From: Armatimonadota bacterium
GTDB lineage: Bacteria > Armatimonadota > UBA10988
Length of the DNA: 64,000 nucleotides
Assembly (NCBI GenBank): GCA_016235455.1
Contig: JACRKZ010000027.1
Coordinates: 1-64,000 of the forward strand
Direction: 5' to 3'
A program made the translations under genes and the position numbers. Positions 18,876 to 29,019 of this stretch are shown here, one piece after another; position 1 is the first letter of the stretch, and every line of letters begins with the position of its first letter. Below the pieces are notes generated by a model, which was given only the letters and a program-made list of their open reading frames with translations, searched no databases and had not been told where the DNA came from.

Positions 18876-20078
18876 TTAGGGCCGCGGCGGCTCGCCGAGC
18901 GACAATGGGTAGCGGCCGCGCTCGCGCACCAGCCGGACGATGTAGTCGTAGGTGGCGCCAGACACGTCGCTGGCCACCGAATGGTCGGACTGGAAGATGA
19001 ACCCACCGCCCCGCGCGGCCTGCAACCGATAGAGCACCTCGCGCTCGATGGCGTCGCGGTCGCCCGTCTCCCAGACCGTCACGTCGCTGTTGCCACAGAA
19101 GCCCAGCCGGTGGCCGAGCCGCTCGCGCAGGGCCACGGCGTCCATGCCGGCCTTGACCTCCAGCGGGTTGTAGGCGTCGATGCCCATCTCGGCGAAGTCC
19201 TCGATGACGGCGTTGACGTTGCCACAGCCGTGGTAAATGACCATCAGCCCGGCCTCGTGAGCGCAGTCACAGATGGCCTTGACCCACGGCTTGTAGTGCG
19301 CGCGCCAGAAGCGCGGGTCGATGAAGGTGCCGCTCTTGTAGGCGATGTCACCCCAGATAACGAAGCCATCGAGCCGGCCCGCGGCGGCTTTGATCTGGGC
19401 GCGCGTGCACTCGAGGTAGAAGGCGCCGAGTTGGGCGATGACCGCCGCCATGCGCTCGGGCTCCAGGCCGACCCACAGCAGGTGGTTCATGGGACCGATG
19501 AGCCGGGTCAGGCATTCGGTGACCTCGATAATGCTGCCGAACACCGGGAAGTCGGGCCAGAGGGAGTCGACTGTCGCCAGCCAGGCGGCGCTGTTCCGCT
19601 CGAAGCCGTCGCCGACACCGGCAATCTGGTTGTCGCCGGCGCTGTGGTAACGGCGCGGGTCCCAGGGGTCGTCGAAGGTGGGCAGCGCTGCTTCGAGCTT
19701 CTCCAGCGTGTCCAGGTCCCAGCTGACGAACTCGGGCATGGGAAAGGCCAGCACCTTGCGCATCACCGCGCCGAATCCGGTGCGCACAACGACCTCCTCA
19801 TCCGTCTCCGAGAGCGTCTCGAAAGAGCGGATCCAAGGGTCCATGTTGGGCACCGTGGGCACCCAGTCGAGGTCGTAGTAGTGGTACGGACTGACGTCGT
19901 CCGCCAGGCCCAACTCCTCGCGCCAGCGCCGCAGGAACGCGCCCCAGTAGAAGTCGCTGATGGGCACGCGGTCCGGCTCGCGGTGGCTGAGGGCGGCGCG
20001 CATGCGCTCGAGCTTGGCCAGGGCCGACGGCGTGCGTTCGCCGGCGGCGTGGCTGCCAGTGATGTCGAACATGCCCAT
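18876..20078 (-). CDS. Uroporphyrinogen decarboxylase/MtaA-like family protein
   Basis: ERMRAAL..EPDRVP, GDIAY, IYHGCG, GGGFIFQSDHSV. Confidence 0.82.
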   Translation of the reverse strand: MGMFDITGSHAAGERTPSALAKLERMRAALSHREPDRVPISDFYWGAFLRRWREELGLADDVSPYHYYDLDWVPTVPNMDPWIRSFETLSETDEEVVVRTGFGAVMRKVLAFPMPEFVSWDLDTLEKLEAALPTFDDPWDPRRYHSAGDNQIAGVGDGFERNSAAWLATVDSLWPDFPVFGSIIEVTECLTRLIGPMNHLLWVGLEPERMAAVIAQLGAFYLECTRAQIKAAAGRLDGFVIWGDIAYKSGTFIDPRFWRAHYKPWVKAICDCAHEAGLMVIYHGCGNVNAVIEDFAEMGIDAYNPLEVKAGMDAVALRERLGHRLGFCGNSDVTVWETGDRDAIEREVLYRLQAARGGGFIFQSDHSVASDVSGATYDYIVRLVRERGRYPLSLGEPPRP

Positions 20079-20098
20079 GGCGGGGGCTCCACGGGGTG

Positions 20099-20123
20099 GT
20101 TCGCCGTGGGTGGCGGGAGTCCT
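20099..20123 (-). promoter_or_regulatory. SigH-like promoter
   Basis: AGGA-N17-GAAC, 20 nt upstream of ATG 20078. Confidence 0.5.
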
Positions 20124-20191
20124 TCGGCCTGGGTCTGCCTCCAGCCATGTGGCCGGTCAGGGCGACGCCAAGGCCGAAGGCGTAGCCGCCG

Positions 20192-22804
20192 CTACTTCTC
20201 CCTCACCCACACCACCGACCGACCGCCGCGGTTGAGCCGCGCGTAGTTGGGCACCGCCAGCAACGGGCTGCCATCGGCCCAGGTGCCCCGGATGACCACC
20301 ACGCCGCCGAGCAGGTCGGGCCGCCACTCGCTGGTCAGCTTGGCGCCAGGCGCGAGCACGCCGTCGAGCTTCTGGTCGACACTCTCGAAGTTGTAGATCA
20401 CCGGCCCGCGCCGCAGCGCCACCCGCCCCACGTTGGCCTTGATGCGCGCGTCGGCGTGGATGCGCTGGATGGGCAGCGGCAACTCGAACGTGACCTTGTC
20501 GCCGGGCTGCCAGATGCGGTCGATGACCGCGTAGCCGTCGCGTTGCGGCGCCTTGACCACCTTGCCGTTGACGCTGACCGACATGGCCGCGCTGGACGCC
20601 GGCGTCGGCGTGTAGAGGTCGCTGGCCTGCCGGTCCGGCAGGCGCAGGCACAGCGCGAAGCGCTTGGCAGAGCGGGGCGCCAGCGTCAGACCGACCTTGC
20701 CGCCATACGGGTAGTCCGTCTCCTGGGTGATGGTCAGCGGCGTGCCGCCCACCGCGCCGACATCGATGCGGCTGCCCAGATAGTGGTTCACGTAGACCCC
20801 GCCATCACCCACCGTGTAGGCCCAGCGCGGCAGTTCCAGCAGCGTGCGCGGGATGTTGCCGACACAGCACGGGCAGCCGTGCCAGTCGTACCGGGCGTTG
20901 TCGGCGTCCAGTGCGTTGGTGTAGGTGAAGTTGCGGCCCGGCAGGTCGATGCTGCCCAGCACGTTGTTGTAGAGCGCCTCCTCGGCCAGATCGGCGTAGC
21001 GTCCCGAGCGGTAGGTGCGCTGCATGCTCTGTTGCCAGTACACCTGGCCGCAGCCGGCGCAGCTCTCGGCGTAGGCGTTGTTGCCCAGCGACCAGTCGGC
21101 GCCGAAGCCCTCGGAGGTCTCGCCACTGCCCAGGCCGCCGGTCACGTACATCTTGCGGTTGACCAGGTTGTCCCACAGCGAGAGCACCGCGCTGTGGTAG
21201 TCCACATCGCCCGCCGACTGCGCGACATCGGTCAGGCCGGTATACAGGTAGACCGCGCGCACGGCATGGCCCACGGCCTCGTACTGGTGGGTCACGGGCA
21301 GGTGGCTCTGGTCATACTCCTCGCCCTTGTCACGGCTGTCCAGCAGGAAGCGCGACAGGTCGCGATAGGCCTGGCCTCGCCCCGCGCCGTCGTGGCTGTC
21401 GACGAAGTCGGCCAGTCGGCAGAGCGCCAGTTCCAGCGCCTGGTGCCCGTCGTACCAGGTCTGCTTGGGCGCCGGGCCGATGGACCGCACCCACAGATCG
21501 GCGCAGCGGCGTGCGGCGCCCAGGAGGCGCAGGTCGCGGCCGCCGGTCAACTGGTAGTGGGCCAAGGCGGCATCGATGAGATAGCCGGCCACATAGCCCT
21601 GATGGTCGCCCTTCGCTCGCCAGCGCGGCCCGCCGTTGAGCGTGTACTGCGTGTGCAGCCAGCCATCGGGCTCCTGCGCGGCGACAACCTTGTCGATCCA
21701 GTCGTCCAGCGTGACGCGCAGTTTGGCTTGCGCCTGGGCCACCTCGGCGTCGCCGTCGGCCTCGACCATCAGCGCGGCGCACATGGCCTCGATGGCGTTC
21801 ATCGTGTAGGCGTTGGCCCAGGGCGGACCGACATGCCTGGCCGCCGGCTGGCCAGCGTTCTTCTTGGCCGCCTCGACGAAGTTGGCGATACCGCCTTCGG
21901 GCAGCGCGGGGTCGGCCAACTTGGCCACGACGTGCGGGATCCACGTGGTGATGAGCACCTTGGCGCGCGCGCGCCACAACGGGCTGGTCAGACTGAAGCT
22001 GCCCATCGGCGCCTCGGCCAGCGCCACGGTGGCCGGCATCGGCCGCACCCGCACGCGCAGCGCGTCGCGGCCGCGCAGGTCGCCGTCGTCGGCGGTCAGC
22101 GTCAGCTCATAGTCGCCGAGCGCGGAGAAGCGCGCCCAGGTGCTCGCCGCGGTGGCGTCGCCGAACGTCACCGTGCCGGGACCGGCGGTCTTGGCCCAGC
22201 GCAAGCGGGGCGTCGGCAGCGGCTTGCCGTCATCGCGGCAACTGCCGCTCAGGTAGGTGGCGCCACTCAACACCACGGTGCGATCCGGGCCGGCCGCCGC
22301 TGTGGGCGCGAAGTTGGGTGAGCGGCCGGTGTCGAGCACGCGCCACTGCAACAGGCCCGTGGAGAAGGTCGGCTGCCCGTCGAACTCCAGGCGCAGCCGG
22401 CCGGTGAGCAGTTCAGGGAACCTGGTAGTGTTGAAGCGGTTGACCAGCAGGCCCAGGCCTTCGGCGCCCGGCACCGGCTGCCACTTGCCGTCGGTCCAGG
22501 TCAGGAGCCGACACGCGGTCGGCAGACGCACGCCGCGTTGGTCGTCGAACCAGTAGACCTCGACCGCGTTGGTGCTGACCGGCTGAGCCCAATCGAGCTG
22601 CACCCACTGCGTGCCGGTCCGCGGCCAGTTGCCGTAGGCGCCATGGCTCTTGTCGTCCGAGTGGGCCGGGCTGTAGCCGTTGTTGACGGCGCCGAGCGTC
22701 TCATGCCCGGATACATAGGAGGTCGACGGCGTGGCCAGGGGCGCCAGGTTGGCGCCGGGCGCCAAGGCCGTCGTGGCCAGCAGCAGGTGGCAGATGACAA
22801 GCAC
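20192..22804 (-). CDS. GH127 beta-L-arabinofuranosidase family, with N-terminal discoidin-like and PKD/Ig-like domains
   Basis: GHAVRAVYLY, KMYVTGG.G, EGF, YAESC, WHGCPCC (Zn/Cys site) and TDYPYGG. GTG start after GGAGAG. Confidence 0.9.
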   Translation of the reverse strand: MLVICHLLLATTALAPGANLAPLATPSTSYVSGHETLGAVNNGYSPAHSDDKSHGAYGNWPRTGTQWVQLDWAQPVSTNAVEVYWFDDQRGVRLPTACRLLTWTDGKWQPVPGAEGLGLLVNRFNTTRFPELLTGRLRLEFDGQPTFSTGLLQWRVLDTGRSPNFAPTAAAGPDRTVVLSGATYLSGSCRDDGKPLPTPRLRWAKTAGPGTVTFGDATAASTWARFSALGDYELTLTADDGDLRGRDALRVRVRPMPATVALAEAPMGSFSLTSPLWRARAKVLITTWIPHVVAKLADPALPEGGIANFVEAAKKNAGQPAARHVGPPWANAYTMNAIEAMCAALMVEADGDAEVAQAQAKLRVTLDDWIDKVVAAQEPDGWLHTQYTLNGGPRWRAKGDHQGYVAGYLIDAALAHYQLTGGRDLRLLGAARRCADLWVRSIGPAPKQTWYDGHQALELALCRLADFVDSHDGAGRGQAYRDLSRFLLDSRDKGEEYDQSHLPVTHQYEAVGHAVRAVYLYTGLTDVAQSAGDVDYHSAVLSLWDNLVNRKMYVTGGLGSGETSEGFGADWSLGNNAYAESCAGCGQVYWQQSMQRTYRSGRYADLAEEALYNNVLGSIDLPGRNFTYTNALDADNARYDWHGCPCCVGNIPRTLLELPRWAYTVGDGGVYVNHYLGSRIDVGAVGGTPLTITQETDYPYGGKVGLTLAPRSAKRFALCLRLPDRQASDLYTPTPASSAAMSVSVNGKVVKAPQRDGYAVIDRIWQPGDKVTFELPLPIQRIHADARIKANVGRVALRRGPVIYNFESVDQKLDGVLAPGAKLTSEWRPDLLGGVVVIRGTWADGSPLLAVPNYARLNRGGRSVVWVREK

Positions 22805-23022
22805 GGAACGCTCTCCAAGGTATGTCGGGTGGCCAGCATAGGCCATCCGTGGGGATCGCGACACCAGCGATGCTCTCGTCTAGTTGACGGATGCCGTTGC
22901 GGCTGCGCGTGACATGCCGTTCATACTTCGCGCGCAAATCGAGTCGCGCGGCCGACCTGGATCGGTAGACTCAAGCTAGCAGCGGACCGCGCAACGGCAG
23001 ATTCGCGCGCTAGGGGGCCGGC

Positions 23023-25419
23023 ATGGCCGGATCCGGACAGACACCGCACCAGGATAGCCATCTGAGTTCCGCCCAACGCGGTCGCGCTGTCTTGCTCGTG
23101 AGCGCCTGCGTCTACGCCGCTACGTTTCTGGTTGGCTTCGCCCTACCCACCTACGCCAAGGGTTTCTCCGCGGTCTGGCCGGCCGGCGGGATCGCGCTGG
23201 CCGTGCTCCTGCTCAGCCCGACGCACCGCTGGCCGGCCCAGGTGCTGGCCTTCTTCGTCGCCGGCAACGTCGCCAACCTGCTGGCCGGCAAGCCTTTGGG
23301 GGCCAGCTTGGGGTTCATGGTCGCCAACATGGTGGAGACCGCGGGCTCGGCCTGGCTCCTGCGCCGGACGTGTGGCGAGTGGATCAGCTTCGCGCGTGTG
23401 CGCGATGTCGTCGCCCTGCTGGCCTGCGCCTTCGGGGTCAATGCCGTCTCGGGCGTGATCGGCGCGGGCACCGGCGTGTTGGCCAGCGGGGCGCCGTTCG
23501 GGCCGTTCTGGCATTCGTGGGTCGTGGCCGACGGGCTGGGCTTGCTGCTCATCACGCCGGTCATCGTCACCTGCATGCCCGCGCGCGTAGCCGCCGCCGA
23601 GTGTCGGCGGCTGCGGTCGGCCGAGTCGCTGGCCTTCGCCTGTGTCTGGGTGGTGGCCTGCCACCAGAACTTCGCCCCGGACTCCCTCCTGGGCCCGCAC
23701 CCCTACACCCTCATCGCGCTGCTGTGCTGGCCGGCACTTCGGCTCGGCCCGCGGGCCGTCTCGGGCGCGTTGCTGGTCATGGCCGCGATGGTCATCACCA
23801 GTCCGGCGGTGATGACCGGGCCGTTGCTGTGGGGCGGCACCGACCTGGTCAGCCGGCTGGCCGAGGCCCAGCTATTCATCGCCTTCGCCGCGGCCACTGG
23901 GCTCCTGCTCGCCGCGAGCCAGGCTGAGCGACGAGCCGCCGAGAGAGAGAGCGCGCGATCCGAGGAGCGCTACCGCACGGTCGTGGAACACACCGGCGAC
24001 CTCATCACGCGCGTCGACACCACCGGCCAGATCGACTACGTGAACGCCTCGGCGCTCGAGTTCTGGGGACTGCCGGCCAGCGCCTGCGTCGGCCGCTCGG
24101 CCCTCGGCTTCGTGCATCCCGATGACCAGGCCGCTACCGGGGCAGCCTTCGCGCAGTGGCTGCAAAAGGACGATGGCGGGCTGACCTTCGAGAACAGAAC
24201 AGGCACACCGGAGCACGGCTGGCGCGATGTGCTCTGGACCATCACCCCGATGCGCGACCAGTCGGGCGCCGTCACCCACCTCAACAGCATCGCTCGCGAC
24301 ATCACCGAGCGCAAAGCAGCAGAGGCTCACACGCTGCACCAGGCGCGGCTGGAATCCGTCGGGCGCCTGGCGGGCGGCGTCGCCCATGGCTACAACAACG
24401 CCCTGCAGGCCATTCTGGGCCATATCGACCTGGCCCTCGAGTCCGCTCCCGTCGACGACCCGATCCGCTCCGACCTGGAGAGCATCCGCGCGCTGGCCAC
24501 ACGCTCTGCCGCGCTCACCGGCCAACTGCTCGCCTTCTCAGCGCAGCAACCCTCGGCGCCACGCGACACCGACCTCAATGCGCTGCTGGCCGGCTTCGAG
24601 CCCGACATGCGCCAACTGCTGGGCAACAAGGCCGCATTGACTTGGACACCGGGCAACAACGTGCCGGCAGTGTCGGTCGACCCGCTGCAAGTGGAGCAGA
24701 TGCTCACCGCGCTGATCGTGAACAGCCGCGACGCCGTGCGAGCAGGCGGCTCGGTGGCTGTCACCACCACCGCGGAACGCCACGGCTCGCCAGCGGTCGA
24801 ATACGCCGCCATCCGCGTAACGGACAACGGCAATGGCATCGCGCCCGAGGCACTCACCCATCTGTTCGAGCCGTTCTACACCACCAAGCCCGTCGGCCAA
24901 GGCACAGGCATCAGCCTGGCGGCGGTGCACGGCATGGTCAGGCGCCTGGGCGGTACGGTCGAGGTCGACTCGGAGGTCGGCCGGGGCACGACGGTGACCA
25001 TCCTGCTACCGGCCTGTCAGACCCACTCGCCGGCGCGTCCGGCCAAGAGCAACAGCCGCGCCGAACACCCGGGCGCCACCATTCTGTTCGTCGACGACGA
25101 CGACGCAGTGCGGCGGGTCACGCGTCGCGCTCTGGAGCGGCGCGGCTACCGCATCATCGAGGCGTCCAGCGCCGAGGAGGCCCTGGAGTTCGTCGAGCGC
25201 ACCAACCCGGCCATCGACCTGGTGCTCACCGACATCGTCATGCCCGGCCGCGGCGGCCACTACCTGCGCGAGCGCATGGCCGAGCTCAGACCCGACACCA
25301 AGTGCCTGCTGATCTCCGGCTTCACCCAGGACGCCGCGCCGGAAGGCGCCCCGTTCCTGGCCAAGCCGTTCAGCGCCGACGCACTGGTCCGGCGGGTCGA
25401 GCACTTGCTGGCCGGCTAG
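23023..25419 (+). CDS. Hybrid sensor histidine kinase: MASE1-PAS-HisKA-HATPase-REC
   Basis: MASE1 VWPAGG..LA..L and W..ADGLG; PAS; GRLAGGVAHGYNN; FEPFYTTK; receiver LFVDDD..LTDIVMP..KPF. Confidence 0.92.
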   Translation: MAGSGQTPHQDSHLSSAQRGRAVLLVSACVYAATFLVGFALPTYAKGFSAVWPAGGIALAVLLLSPTHRWPAQVLAFFVAGNVANLLAGKPLGASLGFMVANMVETAGSAWLLRRTCGEWISFARVRDVVALLACAFGVNAVSGVIGAGTGVLASGAPFGPFWHSWVVADGLGLLLITPVIVTCMPARVAAAECRRLRSAESLAFACVWVVACHQNFAPDSLLGPHPYTLIALLCWPALRLGPRAVSGALLVMAAMVITSPAVMTGPLLWGGTDLVSRLAEAQLFIAFAAATGLLLAASQAERRAAERESARSEERYRTVVEHTGDLITRVDTTGQIDYVNASALEFWGLPASACVGRSALGFVHPDDQAATGAAFAQWLQKDDGGLTFENRTGTPEHGWRDVLWTITPMRDQSGAVTHLNSIARDITERKAAEAHTLHQARLESVGRLAGGVAHGYNNALQAILGHIDLALESAPVDDPIRSDLESIRALATRSAALTGQLLAFSAQQPSAPRDTDLNALLAGFEPDMRQLLGNKAALTWTPGNNVPAVSVDPLQVEQMLTALIVNSRDAVRAGGSVAVTTTAERHGSPAVEYAAIRVTDNGNGIAPEALTHLFEPFYTTKPVGQGTGISLAAVHGMVRRLGGTVEVDSEVGRGTTVTILLPACQTHSPARPAKSNSRAEHPGATILFVDDDDAVRRVTRRALERRGYRIIEASSAEEALEFVERTNPAIDLVLTDIVMPGRGGHYLRERMAELRPDTKCLLISGFTQDAAPEGAPFLAKPFSADALVRRVEHLLAG

Positions 25420-26426
25420 CGCCAGCGGCTCCGCGCCGCGTCGATCATCGCGAAGTAAGCCTCGTCGGGCACGTAATAGGGGATGCTGTTGCCCGAACCC
25501 ACCGCCCAGCCACGGCAGGCCGTCTTGTCGATCAGCGCCGAGACTCGTGCGCCGACCGCCTCGAGCGGCGCGCGACACAGGAAGTCGACGTCGATGCCAC
25601 CCATGAGCGCGATGCGGCTGCCCCACTGCTCCCAGGCCGCCTCGATCGGCTGGATCAGGTCCTCGAACGAGTGCACAGCGTCGAAGCCGGCACCGATCAC
25701 GTCCTCCATGATCTCGTGCCTGGCGCCGCACGAGTGCAGGATGACCGGCCGACCAGCGGCGTGGATGGTCTCAACGATGCGCGCGTGCCAGGGGAAGACG
25801 TAGCGGCGCATGAGCGGCGGCGGCAAGAGCGTCTGGGTCTTGTGGCCCCAGTCGTCGTTGGAGATGCAGGCGCCCACCGCCGGATGCGCTGCCGCCAGTT
25901 GGTAGTAGCGCACCAGTCGCGAACCCACGGCGTCGAAGATGTCGCCCGCCAGCTCGGGGTCGTCGATGACCAGGTAGCAGAGCTGCTCATAGCCGACCAG
26001 GTGGATCACGTTCTCCAGTACACCGCTCGGGCCCGGCACCACGAACTTCGCGCCGTCGGGCAGATGCGGAGCCAGCCGGTCCAGCCGGTCGATGGGGAAG
26101 TCATCGGGGTTCGGCCAGGCATAGGCCTCGAAGTCCGCGCGCGTGGCGATGACGGCGCCCTCGCTCTGCGACACCGAGGCGGCATGGCGGCGCTGGCCAC
26201 CGGGGAAGCCGAAGGTCGACGCATGCATCGTGGCATAGTCATAACCCGCGGCGGCGAAGGCACGGATGACCTGCACCGAACCCGCGTCATCACCCAGTGC
26301 GGGATCGAGCGGGCCGCCCAGGCTCTCGTGCAGCCGCTGGTTGAGGAAGAACTCGAACAGCGTCGGTCGCGGCGGCTCCTCGCGGCGCAGCACGCACAGC
26401 AGGTTGTCGAAACAGGCTTGAGACAC
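25416..26426 (-). CDS. Uroporphyrinogen decarboxylase/MtaA-like family protein
   Basis: NDDWG, ILHSCG, GGIDV and GSGNSIP. Confidence 0.82.
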   Translation of the reverse strand: MSQACFDNLLCVLRREEPPRPTLFEFFLNQRLHESLGGPLDPALGDDAGSVQVIRAFAAAGYDYATMHASTFGFPGGQRRHAASVSQSEGAVIATRADFEAYAWPNPDDFPIDRLDRLAPHLPDGAKFVVPGPSGVLENVIHLVGYEQLCYLVIDDPELAGDIFDAVGSRLVRYYQLAAAHPAVGACISNDDWGHKTQTLLPPPLMRRYVFPWHARIVETIHAAGRPVILHSCGARHEIMEDVIGAGFDAVHSFEDLIQPIEAAWEQWGSRIALMGGIDVDFLCRAPLEAVGARVSALIDKTACRGWAVGSGNSIPYYVPDEAYFAMIDAARSRWR

Positions 26427-26450
26427 GCATCATCTCCTGGCTAACGGGCT

Positions 26451-27644
26451 TCAGTCGTCACGGAAATGCTCGCTCCACAGGTCGCCGAAGACCTTGCGCA
26501 TATCGTTGCGGAAGCCGGCCGCGGCGTCGGCGACCTCCTTCTGGTTGCGGCGCCACTCGGCATCGGTACGGATGGAGGCGAGCACGCCGCGGCCGATCGG
26601 ATAGACCTGGTCGAACTCGGCGACGGGCGCCCACACGCCGTTGGTGTAGATGGTCCACGTGCCGCGTCCGCCGAGGATGGCCGACTGGTCGAGCTGCAGC
26701 GTGCCCACGGTGAGCCGGATACGCAGCGGCACGCCGCCAGCCTCACCCAGGCAGTCCACCTCGGCCCGGTCGCACAGCGGGTTGGTGCCCAGACCGGCGC
26801 GCCGGATGCCCTCGCGAAAGTACGCGCCGACCCGCGGCAGCGGCCGGACACGCTCCACGCGCAGGCCCGGCACCATCTTGGCGAGCACGGGCAGCAGCAA
26901 CTGCCGCGTGGCCGTGCCGGGGTCCATGTAGGCAGTGCGCACATCGATGATCGCCGGCGGGCCGTTGAACGCGCCAGCCAGGCCGTCCGGCCGCTGTACC
27001 TTGTACTCGAACCAGCCGGGCACCTGCTCGGTGCGCACGATGCGGCCCTCCCAGCGCCAGTCGGCGGGCATCCACAAGCGGTAGGCGCGCTCCGTGGCTT
27101 CGCGCTGAACCTTCAGCGGCGGGCCGGGAATGAGCCGGGCCGAGGCCACCATGCGACTGACATCGGCGTTCCACTTGGCGCTGGCCTCGGGCCGCATCAT
27201 GGCGCCGACCACGAAGCTGTCCTCGCCCTGACGGCGGCTGGCCCACAGCTCGGTGAGTGGCCCGCGCGCGCCGTTGGAGGTGGCCGAGACGACCCACGCG
27301 CCGTCAGGCGCCTGCTCGATCCTGGGTGGCGCGCCATTGGCGGCGGTCAGGTCGCGCACGAGCTGGCGAGCGGCCTCCTCGGCGGTATAGCGGTGGCGGA
27401 AGACCCACAGCACCGGCTGCGTGGACGGCGGGCTCACGCCCACCCCGGCGTCGATGGCGATGGTCATGGGCCCGTAGTCGCTGGAGCCCATGGACCAATC
27501 ATCGGGCATGTCGATGCTGAGCCGGGCGATGGGATTGTCGACGCGCACCCATGGCACGCCGTCGACACCGGTGGCCGCCGGCTGCGCCCAGGCGCCGGTG
27601 ACCAGCATGATGCCCAGCCAGAACCGCGTCAGTCGTACGACCAT
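26451..27644 (-). CDS. Secreted hypothetical protein
   Basis: Signal peptide (RFWLGIMLVTGAWA) and RBS GGGAGG. Two internal 'MP.DW' segments suggest a duplicated fold. Confidence 0.7.
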   Translation of the reverse strand: MVVRLTRFWLGIMLVTGAWAQPAATGVDGVPWVRVDNPIARLSIDMPDDWSMGSSDYGPMTIAIDAGVGVSPPSTQPVLWVFRHRYTAEEAARQLVRDLTAANGAPPRIEQAPDGAWVVSATSNGARGPLTELWASRRQGEDSFVVGAMMRPEASAKWNADVSRMVASARLIPGPPLKVQREATERAYRLWMPADWRWEGRIVRTEQVPGWFEYKVQRPDGLAGAFNGPPAIIDVRTAYMDPGTATRQLLLPVLAKMVPGLRVERVRPLPRVGAYFREGIRRAGLGTNPLCDRAEVDCLGEAGGVPLRIRLTVGTLQLDQSAILGGRGTWTIYTNGVWAPVAEFDQVYPIGRGVLASIRTDAEWRRNQKEVADAAAGFRNDMRKVFGDLWSEHFRDD

Positions 27645-27709
27645 GGTGACCCTCCCTGTGCCGAACACAACGTTGGCCAGGGAGTTTGGACGCGCGGCAC
27701 GGCACTCCT

Positions 27710-28741
27710 CTAGCGCGCGCCGTCATCCTTGGCGCGCAACTGCCCGCAGGCACCGGCGATGTCGTCGCCGCGCGCCTGGCGCTGGGTCACCTGTAGCCCA
27801 GCCGCTTCGAGGATCTGCTTGAAGCGTGCCACATCGTCGCGGTACGGTGCGCGGAAGTCCGCTTCGCCCACGGCGTTGTAAGGGATCAGATTGACGTGCT
27901 CGCCGCGCTTCAGGCGCCTGGCAAGCACCTCGGCGTCGTGCAGGCGGTCGTTGACCCCGGCCATCAGCACAACCTCATAGGTCACGCGGCGGCCCGTGGT
28001 CTCGGCATAGGAGCGCGCCGCGGCCAGCACGGTGGCCACGGGATGCGTGCGCGCGGCGGTGGGGATGAGTTGCTGACGCAACTCGTCGTCGGCGCTGTGC
28101 AGGCTGATCGCGAGCGTCACCGGCAGGTCCGACTCGGCCAGCTTGGCGATGCCGTGGATCAGGCCGACGGTGGAGATCGTGACGCGGCGTGGCGACAGGC
28201 CGAGTTGGTCGCGCCACAGGTGGACCGCGGCGATGACCTCGTGCAGGTTGGCCATGGGCTCGCCCATGCCCATCAGCACCGCGTGGGTGGCCGGCCGGCC
28301 GAGCGCCTCGCCGGCGGCCAGCATCTGGTCGACCATTTCGCCCGCGGTCAGGTTGCGCCCGTTGCCCAGATAGCCCGTGGCACAGAAGCGGCAGCCGATG
28401 GCGCAGCCGGTCTGGCTGCTGACGCAGACGCTGACGCGGTCGGGCCAGGGCAGGGCGACGGTCTCGATGCGTTGGCCATCGGCCAGCTCGAGCAGCAGCT
28501 TCTGCGTGCCGTCCTTGGCCACATGGCGTCCGGTGATCGGCGCGCGGCCGACGCGGTAGCGCTCGGCCAGTTCGGCGCGCAGCCCCTTGGGCAGGTCGGT
28601 CATGGCCTCGAAGTCGCGCGCGCCACGCTCATAGAGCCACTTGGCGAGCTGCTTGCCACGGAAGGCGGGCTGGCCCAGATCGGCGGCCAGCGCCACCAGT
28701 TGGTCGGTGGTCAGGCCCAACAGCGGTTGGAGGGAGGTCAT
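27710..28741 (-). CDS. rlmN: 23S rRNA (A2503-C2) methyltransferase RlmN
   Basis: Radical SAM motif CVSSQTGCAIGCRFCATG, MGMGEP, AISLH and GACGQL. Confidence 0.95.
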   Translation of the reverse strand: MTSLQPLLGLTTDQLVALAADLGQPAFRGKQLAKWLYERGARDFEAMTDLPKGLRAELAERYRVGRAPITGRHVAKDGTQKLLLELADGQRIETVALPWPDRVSVCVSSQTGCAIGCRFCATGYLGNGRNLTAGEMVDQMLAAGEALGRPATHAVLMGMGEPMANLHEVIAAVHLWRDQLGLSPRRVTISTVGLIHGIAKLAESDLPVTLAISLHSADDELRQQLIPTAARTHPVATVLAAARSYAETTGRRVTYEVVLMAGVNDRLHDAEVLARRLKRGEHVNLIPYNAVGEADFRAPYRDDVARFKQILEAAGLQVTQRQARGDDIAGACGQLRAKDDGAR

Positions 28742-29019
28742 CGAAGAATCCTGAAGCCGGCGTCACCATACGGTTCGACGTCGCGCTCGACAAGCACGTC
28801 CTCGACATGGGCGTGCGGCGGCCCTTGACGGCACCAGTCTAGCACGACATCCACCGACGGCCGTGAACCAGCGAGGACAGCCTCCACCGAGCCGTCGTAC
28901 TGATTGCGGCACCAGCCATCGACGCCGGCCCGTTGCGCGGTGTCGCGCAGGTGGTAGCGGAAGCCCACGCCTTGGACGCGGCCGCTGATCACCACCCGCA
29001 CCGTGACCCGGCCGCTCAC
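28738..29019 (-). CDS. acyP: Acylphosphatase
   Basis: GRVQGVGFR, GWCRN..DGSVE and GPP.A.V. GTG start overlaps the rsmG stop. Confidence 0.92.
   Translation of the reverse strand: MSGRVTVRVVISGRVQGVGFRYHLRDTAQRAGVDGWCRNQYDGSVEAVLAGSRPSVDVVLDWCRQGPPHAHVEDVLVERDVEPYGDAGFRILR

Noticed and set aside
18876-26426. Heme biosynthesis hemE genes
   Set aside because: Both UroD-like proteins lack the HemE RQAGR motif and have no tetrapyrrole gene neighbours.
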